From a virus, in the IMG/VR virus record IMGVR_UViG_3300027804_000046, positions 64,001 to 128,000 of that record: a stretch of 64,000 nt of DNA, one strand, 5' to 3'. Under the pieces are notes generated by a model, which was given only the letters and a program-made list of their open reading frames with translations, was not told where the DNA came from and searched no databases. Each line of letters begins with the position of its first letter. The first letter of the stretch is position 1. Shown here piece after piece: positions 29,722 to 36,296 of this stretch. A program made the position numbers and the translations under genes.

Positions 29722-29797
29722 GCGCCTGTAGCATAGCGGTTAATGCTGACGGCTCATAACCGTCCGATCCTCAGTTCGAATCTGAGCGGGCGCACCA
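29722..29797 (+). tRNA. tRNA with CAT anticodon (Met or lysidine-type Ile2)
   Basis: GACGG-ctcataa-CCGTC arm; CCA end. Confidence 0.88.
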
Positions 29798-29813
29798 AAA
29801 CAAAGGAAGTAAA

Positions 29814-30089
29814 ATGAAAACGCCAAAGACTAAAGCGAATGATACAGTCAAGGAAGTTCCTCTAAAAATTAAAGAAGAGAAGATTGATCCTGTTGTTGTT
29901 GTTTCTGAATATGTGTCAACAGACAAGACACTCAAAGCAGTCATAAAGCAAAATCGTCTAACATCTTTGTATGAGATCGACTTCTACAAAGACAAGAAGA
30001 TTGTCGCAACGGAATCATATGCGTTCCATACTCGCAGATATCACGAAGATGCTGCTGAGAATTATGTGAACGGCATTAAAAAGCTTTGA
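29814..30089 (+). CDS. Hypothetical protein
   Basis: C-terminal EDAAENYV motif. Confidence 0.7.
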   Translation: MKTPKTKANDTVKEVPLKIKEEKIDPVVVVSEYVSTDKTLKAVIKQNRLTSLYEIDFYKDKKIVATESYAFHTRRYHEDAAENYVNGIKKL

Positions 30090-30094
30090 TATAA

Positions 30095-30186
30095 CGGCGT
30101 GGGTGTTGGTACACGGGAGGGCCTTATAATCCCTTTAGCACTAGATGAGTGTTCTTGACTTGGTTCGAATCCAAGCACGCCGACCA
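30095..30186 (+). tRNA. Atypical tRNA with TAT anticodon, tetraloop D-arm and long variable arm
   Basis: CGGCGTG/CACGCCG acceptor, GTGT-tggt-ACAC D-arm, cttataa loop, AGCACT/AGTGTT V-arm, canonical T-arm and ACCA end. Confidence 0.8.
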
Positions 30187-30199
30187 AATTTGAGGTAAC

Positions 30200-31279
30200 A
30201 TGAAACCTACTTATCTTGATTGTCTTATGCACAATCATTATTACAAAGATGACTTTAATTATAAAGAGGGCTGGGGCACACCTAAAGAAGAGTGTGATGA
30301 AGGTCTGTTGAACGACATTTGCGATTATTTCTTTCGTAGAATGGAAAGAGAGAATATAGTCAATGGTGCAGAGTCAATAACATGGGGACCAATCATTGAA
30401 ACCCATAAAGAATATGCTATGGCTCTTATCAATAAAGACATACCAAAAGTTCATAATACATTAAAAAACTTATGTAATTCTCCCTTAACTAGAGGCATCT
30501 TTGGTGGAGATTTGTTGTATGAGTTCTATAAGAAGAACAAGCACGACAGAGCAATGTATGTTTTTGGTGTATTCGACAAACTTCTGTCTATATGTGAAGC
30601 TAATGGTCTAATTCCATGCTTCAATCCAGAAGACCATGAATATATAAAGATTGCATACCAAAAGCCAGAACATTTTCTAGACTTGCTTGCCAAGCACTAC
30701 AAGTTTGATATATCTGCTCCGAAATATGCTGGTGGCAATCTTGGAATAAACACAGACTTTGGACTTTATAATCAGCGTGATATGTTTGCATTGTATATCG
30801 CATTGAATGTAGTAAACAAATGTCAAGATAAAAACTTGAGAATATGTGAGATTGGTGGAGGTGCAGGACATCTGGCATTCTATTTGCATAGACTAGGATT
30901 TAGAAATCTGACTATCGTGGATCTTCCTACAGTATCTACTGTTCAGATGTATTTTCTAGGCACAAACTTGTGTCGATACAATGGAATAAATTTTATGTGT
31001 ACCGAAGATTTCGATGGCAACTACGACTTGATTATCAATGCCGATAGTTTCATTGAAATGAATAGAGAGTCGGCCAGTCGATATTTGAACCTGATTAAAG
31101 AAAACGGCAGACATCTGATTTCACTAAATCAAGAAACTGGACCTCATCAATTTGGTGAAGCAGGATTTAGAGTTTGTGACATAACAGATATGCCAAGAAC
31201 AACTAGGCATATGTCATGGATTCGTAAGGGTTGGGTCTATGAGGAGTATCTAGGAAATAAAGCGAGAGTGACGGAATAG
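30200..31279 (+). CDS. Putative sugar O-methyltransferase
   Basis: ICEIGGGAG..IVDLP..DLIINADSFIEM. Confidence 0.75.
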   Translation: MKPTYLDCLMHNHYYKDDFNYKEGWGTPKEECDEGLLNDICDYFFRRMERENIVNGAESITWGPIIETHKEYAMALINKDIPKVHNTLKNLCNSPLTRGIFGGDLLYEFYKKNKHDRAMYVFGVFDKLLSICEANGLIPCFNPEDHEYIKIAYQKPEHFLDLLAKHYKFDISAPKYAGGNLGINTDFGLYNQRDMFALYIALNVVNKCQDKNLRICEIGGGAGHLAFYLHRLGFRNLTIVDLPTVSTVQMYFLGTNLCRYNGINFMCTEDFDGNYDLIINADSFIEMNRESASRYLNLIKENGRHLISLNQETGPHQFGEAGFRVCDITDMPRTTRHMSWIRKGWVYEEYLGNKARVTE

Positions 31280-31338
31280 GTATACGTATCAGTCTCAAAA
31301 ACTGAGTTTTGTGGGTTCGAGTCCCACCTTTCGCACCA
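31262..31338 (+). tRNA. tRNA-Leu(CAA), short variable arm
   Basis: TCAGT-ctcaaaa-ACTGA arm; CCA end. Confidence 0.88.
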
Positions 31339-31498
31339 AACAACAAAATGACATATTGGGAAATATACTACGGTAAATGTAAAGAGAAACCGAATGGATC
31401 TCCAGAATGTCATGCTTATTGTAAATTATGTAATGGTCTTAATTGGAAACCACTAGGACCAAAAACTTACGAAGAACTGCTAAATTTTCACAGGACAC

Positions 31499-31529
31499 TT
31501 GACAAATTGACTTCCTTGTGATATAAATA
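31499..31529 (+). promoter_or_regulatory. Overlapping sigma70-type and T4-late-type promoter
   Basis: TTGACA-N17-TATAAA, whose -10 box is also TATAAATA (31522-31529). Confidence 0.75.
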
Positions 31530-31554
31530 GAATACAGAGTTAGAAAGAACGGAA

Positions 31555-31638
31555 ATGAAATCGCATTATTGCCCAATTACGAATAATCAATTTGAAGGTC
31601 GCCCAGCATGGGCAGACGCGAGGGGTTCTATGCTTTAA
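31555..31638 (+). CDS. Candidate attenuator leader peptide MKSHYCPITNNQFEGRPAWADARGSML
   Basis: 27 codons encoding 19 different amino acids; lies between a promoter and a terminator, and its 3' end is complementary to the terminator 5' arm. Confidence 0.75.
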   Translation: MKSHYCPITNNQFEGRPAWADARGSML

Positions 31639-31663
31639 GTCTTACGGATAGACTTAGTTTCTT

Positions 31664-31701
31664 AGAACCCCGAAGCCAAAAGTTTCGGGGTTCTTCTTTT
31701 T
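31664..31701 (+). terminator. Intrinsic terminator with a competing antiterminator
   Basis: 13-bp stem AGAACCCCGAAGC/GTTTCGGGGTTCT plus TCTTTTT; GGGGTTCTA (31622-31630) can instead pair with TAGAACCCC (31663-31671). Confidence 0.85.
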
Positions 31702-31743
31702 GAGTTATGCGTCTAGAACATAGCAGTTATGCAAAAATAAAAG

Positions 31744-31772
31744 TTGACTTCCTGGTTCTGAACTGCTATATT
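31744..31772 (+). promoter_or_regulatory. Sigma70-type promoter at the head of the tRNA array
   Basis: TTGACT-N17-TATATT, preceded by the ATGC-N7-ACATAGCAG motif. Confidence 0.65.
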
Positions 31773-31926
31773 GTGTTTGTAAGTTGATTGAAAGAGTTTC
31801 CTAGCTGCGGGATAAGCAGCACCGCTGATTAACATTGTTAAGTTCCTTTTTCCTAGTGATATCAAAAACTAGGCGTACCGAATGACGAGACATCGGTGAG
31901 ATTACTACGATTCGGCGTAGCCTCAC

Positions 31927-32015
31927 ATTCTATTATCACAGACACATGGTGCTGTTCCTTAAGTTGGGTAAGAATGCTTCGGCAAATCGTCATCATGTGT
32001 CTTTGATAATAGAAT
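31927..32015 (+). ncRNA. Unidentified long-stem structured RNA
   Basis: ATTCTATTATCA-c-AGACACATGGTG pairs with CATCATGTGTCT-t-TGATAATAGAAT. Confidence 0.55.
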
Positions 32016-32017
32016 AT

Positions 32018-32093
32018 TGGATAGTAGCTCCAGCGGTAGAGCGCCTCGCTGTTAACGAGGATGTCCTTGGTTCGAATCCAAGCTATCCAGCCA
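32018..32093 (+). tRNA. tRNA-Asn(GTT)
   Basis: CCTCG-ctgttaa-CGAGG arm; GCCA end. Confidence 0.93.
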
Positions 32094-32179
32094 ATTCACG
32101 GTTCGTTAGAATTAGTGCGATTAAAGTAACGAGTCGGCAGGATGCATACTGTGACCGATCTTCGCCGTGATAATAATTT

Positions 32180-32254
32180 GCGCCAGTAACTCAGTGGTAG
32201 AGTAGCGGTCTCTTAAACCGAATGTCGTGAGTTCGATTCTCACCTGGCACACCA
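32180..32254 (+). tRNA. tRNA-Lys(CTT)
   Basis: CGGT-ctcttaa-ACCG arm; CCA end. Confidence 0.88.
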
Positions 32255-32348
32255 ATTAGAATGTAGTGTGGGTAGTAGGGCCAACTGTAAAATGGAAACC
32301 CCGATCAGCAACTCGCGTAAAAATACATTACATTCTAACTAAACAAAC

Positions 32349-32422
32349 GGTCTTGTAGTGAATGGATATCACACCTCTCTGTCTAAGAGGAGAAGCGAGT
32401 TTGAGCCTCGCCAAGATCGCCA
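32349..32422 (+). tRNA. tRNA-Asp(GTC)
   Basis: CCTCT-ctgtcta-AGAGG arm; variant T-loop TTTGAGC; GCCA end. Confidence 0.85.
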
Positions 32423-32501
32423 TATATAAGAACTGGCAGCAGTCGGTGAAGCAGTATTGTGAAGTGCTGTGGAGAGTGTCAGTTCTTATAAACAAGTATA
32501 A

Positions 32502-32578
32502 CGGAGTGTGGCTCAGTCTGGTAGAGCATTCGCTTTGGGAGCGAAGTGTCGTGGGTTCGAATCCTACCACTCCGACCA
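32502..32578 (+). tRNA. tRNA-Pro(TGG)
   Basis: TTCGC-tttggga-GCGAA arm; CCA end. Confidence 0.93.
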
Positions 32579-32581
32579 ATT

Positions 32582-32682
32582 TGACCGATTAGTGTAACGG
32601 TAGCACAGGAGAAGTCCGAGACATCGAAAGATGGAGTAGGCGTCAAATGCTCCAGAGCGGTTCAATTCCGCACAGGTCACCA
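32582..32682 (+). ncRNA. tRNA-like RNA with an expanded domain replacing the anticodon loop
   Basis: TGACC/GGTCA+CCA, D-arm GTGT-aacggta-GCAC and T-arm GCGG-ttcaatt-CCGC; a GGAG/CTCC stem encloses 38 nt including CATC-gaaa-GATG. Confidence 0.7.
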
Positions 32683-32841
32683 AGTCGCTGGATTACTATA
32701 GAGACGGACGGTGCACTCTGTCTCTTGTGCGTACCAGTAGAGGCGCCGCGCACCCCTCTATAAAAACGCGGATGAAATTCAAATGTAGAGCATCGGTTCT
32801 AAGAACCGTAGTTGACTATATACTCTAGAAGGAGTATTATA

Positions 32842-33162
32842 ATGGCAGCAACTTTACATAGTCAAACAAGAAGACTTTCGGATGAACAAGTTTTCGTTGA
32901 AAATTCACAGTATGCTCGGCATCATATCAAGCGCCGTGTCATAGAACAACAGATGATTCCTTACCGTTGTGCATCTTGTGATAATGACGGTACTCATAAT
33001 GGTAGACCTCTTGTTTTACAACTTGATCATATGAACGGCGTGAATGATGACAATAGATTAGAGAATCTCCGCTTTCTCTGTCCTAACTGTCATTCACAAG
33101 AAGATACATATGCAGCAAAGAATAGAAAGAATGCTGCACGAAAACCTAAAAAATATTGTTAA
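32842..33162 (+). CDS. HNH endonuclease
   Basis: CASC..LQLDHMNG...DNRLENLRFLCPNCH. Confidence 0.9.
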   Translation: MAATLHSQTRRLSDEQVFVENSQYARHHIKRRVIEQQMIPYRCASCDNDGTHNGRPLVLQLDHMNGVNDDNRLENLRFLCPNCHSQEDTYAAKNRKNAARKPKKYC

Positions 33163-33163
33163 T

Positions 33164-33237
33164 ATCAGTGTAGTGTAGTGGTAACACGTTGATCTCCAAA
33201 ATCAAAATCCAGGGTTCGAATCCTTGCACTGGTGCCA
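33164..33237 (+). tRNA. tRNA-Trp(CCA)
   Basis: TTGAT-ctccaaa-ATCAA arm; GCCA end. Confidence 0.92.
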
Positions 33238-33554
33238 ATAAAATGGGCGTGGTAGAAGTCCACTGTATGGGTTGTTGACCCTAGCCCGTTTAGAAGAACG
33301 GTAACAGACCGCGAATCTGTGAGAACATGTGTGTATCGCAAACATACATTAAGTATCCCTATGATAAAAATGCTGGTCTCCGTTAAGAGCGGGCAGCAGG
33401 GAGCGTTCTTCTAACTCAATTCAAGAAACGTGCCCTTTACGGTTGAAATAAACTAGGGTGTTACTGAATGATTTTCTCTCTTCGGCCGATTAAAGAGAGA
33501 CCGTTAAATAAGTAACCGTTTGCCTGACTGCGATAGTGACAGGAGCTATTAATA

Positions 33555-33629
33555 GGGCCCTTAGTGATAATGGGAGCACATCGCCTTTGCACGGCGAGGG
33601 TAAGAGTTCGATTCTCTTAGGGTCCACCA
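33555..33629 (+). tRNA. tRNA-Ala(TGC)
   Basis: TCGCC-tttgcac-GGCGA arm; G3.U70 pair; CCA end. Confidence 0.92.
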
Positions 33630-33828
33630 ATAATGATCTGACTACGTAGCAGCAGTGCGCGTCATGAATGTCAGACAGTCAGTCGAATAACTGTGAGATT
33701 GACATCAAGTTTGATCTGTCACCATCGCACAGGACGCCGTTCGCTTGAGAACGGAATAACGTTACTGTGAATGTGTCGCCAAGTTACAGACGACATTCGA
33801 GCCGACCGCGTGAGGCTCAGCAAGTTTT

Positions 33829-33912
33829 GGGTAGGTAAAGCTAGTGGTTCTAGCAGTGGGTCTGTAAAACCCATCCTTAAAGGGAGTGGATCGTAACCGC
33901 ACCTGCCCACCA
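33829..33912 (+). tRNA. Atypical tRNA with GTA anticodon, possible 8/4 fold
   Basis: GGGTAGGT/ACCTGCCC acceptor, 5-bp D-stem, 6-bp anticodon stem, 4-bp T-stem GTGG-atcgtaa-CCGC and ACCA end. Confidence 0.75.
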
Positions 33913-34137
33913 AATTACCCGTCTTTCTAGATAAGACAGGGGAGACCTAATAGGCCCAACATGAGGGAAAGCCTATGAATACAGGATTGCTGACTCTGTT
34001 CGCGAAAGGGCTTAACCTGTAAGGTGTAACGAATATAGTAACCGCCGTAGGCCGTGGCGGTATATAAATCCGAGACTATATGTCTGTCGGGGTTGACCGT
34101 CCTTTCAGTGGGACCAGCGAAACGGTTCACAATTCAA

Positions 34138-34211
34138 TGCCCATTAGCTCAATGGTAGAGCGCTCGACCGATAATCGAGTTACAGTAGTTCGATTCTACT
34201 ATGGGCAACCA
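34138..34211 (+). tRNA. tRNA-Ile(GAT)
   Basis: CTCGA-ccgataa-TCGAG arm (C33); CCA end. Confidence 0.9.
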
Positions 34212-34344
34212 ATTGCCATAAGCTAGGCGCCATAGCGAACTGGCAGTAAACAGGCTACACCCTTTCCCTCGCGCGGGGTGTCCGCATAAGCGTTTGCGTG
34301 GTTAGTCTGGGGTAAGAGTCCCAAGCTTGGAGGGATGAATTTAT

Positions 34345-34441
34345 TTCTAGCATAGCCTGGGGCGGTAGGTGCACACTACCAAAGTACTTGTATTTTGATA
34401 GTGACTACCAAAGTACGGTTCAAATCCGTCGCTAGAAGCCA
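34345..34441 (+). ncRNA. tRNA-like RNA with an extended hairpin instead of an anticodon loop
   Basis: TTCTAGC/GCTAGAA+GCCA, GCCT/AGGT D-stem, ACGG-ttcaaat-CCGT T-arm and central CACTACCAAAGTAC/GTATTTTGATAGTG hairpin. Confidence 0.7.
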
Positions 34442-34447
34442 GTTTAT

Positions 34448-34521
34448 TGGGAGATCGTCTAACGGCAGGACGTTGGATTTTGATTCCAACTATCTAGGTT
34501 CGAATCCTAGTCTCCCAGCCA
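34448..34521 (+). tRNA. tRNA-Gln(TTG)
   Basis: TTGGA-ttttgat-TCCAA arm; GCCA end. Confidence 0.92.
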
Positions 34522-34524
34522 ATT

Positions 34525-34599
34525 GAACCCTTAACTCAGTGGTAGAGTAGCGGGCTTTTAATCCGTCTGTCCTGGGTTCGAATCCCAGAGGGTTCTCCA
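34525..34599 (+). tRNA. tRNA-Lys(TTT)
   Basis: GCGGG-cttttaa-TCCGT arm; CCA end. Confidence 0.9.
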
Positions 34600-34600
34600 T

Positions 34601-34672
34601 GGAGCATTCGACTATCGGTTAGGTCACATCCCTTTCAAGGATGAGAGACGGGTTCGACTCCCGTATGCTCTA
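34601..34672 (+). tRNA. tRNA-Glu(TTC), CCA not encoded
   Basis: CATCC-ctttcaa-GGATG arm. Confidence 0.88.
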
Positions 34673-34732
34673 CATTGAAGTCCTCAGGATACTATATAGT
34701 ATGTAAACCCTATTGTATCCTGAGGCTTCCTA

Positions 34733-35347
34733 ATGTTCTATACTATCTACAAAACAACAAATCTGGTAAACGGTAAGTTCTATATCGGTAAACATAAGAC
34801 CAAAGACTTGGATGATGGATACATGGGATCAGGCAAAATACTGAAACATGCCATCTCCAAGTATGGTCTTGATAACTTTCATAAAGAGATTCTTCATATA
34901 TGTAAAGATGAAGCTCATATGGATTTGTTAGAAAGTATTCTTGTAGTTCCTGATGTTGAAACAAACTATAATCTATGTGAAGGTGGCAAAGGTGGTTGGA
35001 GTTTCATAAACGCACAGCCAGAGATTCGTCAAAAGAGACGGGAGCATGGCAAATCGCGTCCTCTAGAACACTTCAAACGAATGGGTAAAGCTAATGCCGA
35101 AAACACATCTCGTAGGATGAAATCTCTTCATGCCGAAGGTAAAATTCGATATGATACTTGGAAAGGCAAAAAACATACCGACGAACAAAAACAAAAGCTT
35201 TCTGCCATCATGAAAGAAAAGCAGAAAGGATCTAAAAACTCTCAATATGGAACATGTTGGATTACAAATGACCGAGAAAACAAAAAGATCAAACGCCAAG
35301 ACCTCAATGCGTGGATCGAACAAGGATACAGACAAGGTCGTGTCTAA
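34733..35347 (+). CDS. Seg-like GIY-YIG homing endonuclease
   Basis: YTIYKTTNLVNGKFYIGKH..YMGSG..YNL; NUMOD3-like KGKKHT; KNSQYGTCWIT. Confidence 0.9.
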   Translation: MFYTIYKTTNLVNGKFYIGKHKTKDLDDGYMGSGKILKHAISKYGLDNFHKEILHICKDEAHMDLLESILVVPDVETNYNLCEGGKGGWSFINAQPEIRQKRREHGKSRPLEHFKRMGKANAENTSRRMKSLHAEGKIRYDTWKGKKHTDEQKQKLSAIMKEKQKGSKNSQYGTCWITNDRENKKIKRQDLNAWIEQGYRQGRV

Positions 35348-35483
35348 TCCATTTACCATCACATCACTATCAGAAGTTGGCGCTAAGTCTATTAAGCGAC
35401 TCTATGAGAAGATGGGTTATAAACATGTATCTATAAAATACGATAACAAGAAAGAAGTATATACTAATACATTCAAGTAATAT

Positions 35484-35556
35484 TGCGGGTTAGAGAAGCG
35501 GTCATCTCGCTTGGCTCATACCCAGGAAATCGTCAGTTCGAATCTGGCACCCGCTA
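35484..35556 (+). tRNA. tRNA-fMet(CAT)-like, CCA not encoded
   Basis: Unpaired 1:72, AGAG/TCTC-type D-stem and ctcatac loop. Confidence 0.82.
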
Positions 35557-35557
35557 C

Positions 35558-35631
35558 GCTGCATTAGTTTAATGGTAAAACATCGGTTTGTGGAGCCGAT
35601 TACAGTGGTTCGATTCCACTATGCAGTACCA
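35558..35631 (+). tRNA. tRNA-His(GTG), no G-1, A73
   Basis: TCGGT-ttgtgga-GCCGA arm; acceptor GCTGCAT/ATGCAGT+ACCA. Confidence 0.9.
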
Positions 35632-35632
35632 T

Positions 35633-35706
35633 TGCCCTTTCGTCTAACGGCAGGACTCTGGCCTCTGACTCCAGCAATTGTGGTTCGAATCCACGAAGGG
35701 CAGCCA
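35633..35706 (+). tRNA. tRNA-Gln(CTG)
   Basis: CTGG-c-ctctgac-t-CCAG arm; GCCA end. Confidence 0.9.
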
Positions 35707-35722
35707 ATTAGGAGAAAACATT

Positions 35723-36151
35723 ATGAACAAGATTATTGGATTTACATGTTCTACGTTTGATTTGTTTCATGCTGGTCATGTTGCGATGCTAGAAGAAGCA
35801 AAGCAGCAATGTGATTGGTTAATTGTTGGACTACAAGTGGATCCTACAATTGATAGACCAGAGAAAAACAAGCCAGTTCAAAGTTTGATTGAAAGGCAAT
35901 TGCAAGTAAGAGCCTGCAAGTTTGTTGATGAGATTATTGTATATTCTACAGAAGCAGAATTGCTTGATATCCTAAACATGCTGCCTATAGATGTTCGCAT
36001 ACTTGGTGAAGAGTATAGAGGCAAGACATTCACAGGATATAAAATCTCAAAGATGAAATACCATTTTAACAAGCGCGAACACAGTTTTAGTTCATCAGAG
36101 TTAAGAAGAAGAATTGCTGTTGAACATTTTAAAATAAATCCGGAGACGTAG
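35723..36151 (+). CDS. TagD-like cytidylyltransferase
   Basis: TFDLFHAGH, VGLQ..KNKP..ER and C-terminal SSS. Confidence 0.88.
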   Translation: MNKIIGFTCSTFDLFHAGHVAMLEEAKQQCDWLIVGLQVDPTIDRPEKNKPVQSLIERQLQVRACKFVDEIIVYSTEAELLDILNMLPIDVRILGEEYRGKTFTGYKISKMKYHFNKREHSFSSSELRRRIAVEHFKINPET

Positions 36152-36217
36152 CAAAACGGTTAATGTACGGGACTGCAAATCCTTGAGGTGCCAGTTCGAA
36201 TCTGGCCGTCTCCTCCA
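36142..36217 (+). tRNA. tRNA-Cys(GCA)
   Basis: ctgcaaa loop; U73; CCA end. Confidence 0.9.
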
Positions 36218-36219
36218 AA

Positions 36220-36296
36220 GCACTCGTAGCGCAACTGAATAGAGCATCGGTCTACGAAACCGAAGGTTGGTGGTTTGAGTCCATCCGAGTGCGCCA
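36220..36296 (+). tRNA. tRNA-Arg(ACG)
   Basis: TCGGT-ctacgaa-ACCGA arm; variant T-loop TTTGAGT. Confidence 0.88.

Noticed and set aside
31946-34130. ORF-track calls at 31946, 32328, 32362, 33719 and 33927
   Set aside because: They overlap tRNA genes or structured RNA, lack SD sequences and are typical tRNA shadow ORFs.
32582-34340. Possible tmRNA, RNase P RNA or group I intron
   Set aside because: I found no G3.U70 alanine acceptor with a tag ORF, no GAGGAAAGUCC core and no recognisable P7 motifs by eye. A covariance search could overturn this.
31800-34440. Possible CRISPR array or mini-array
   Set aside because: There is no recurring direct repeat with regular spacers; the repeats are inverted and each is unique.
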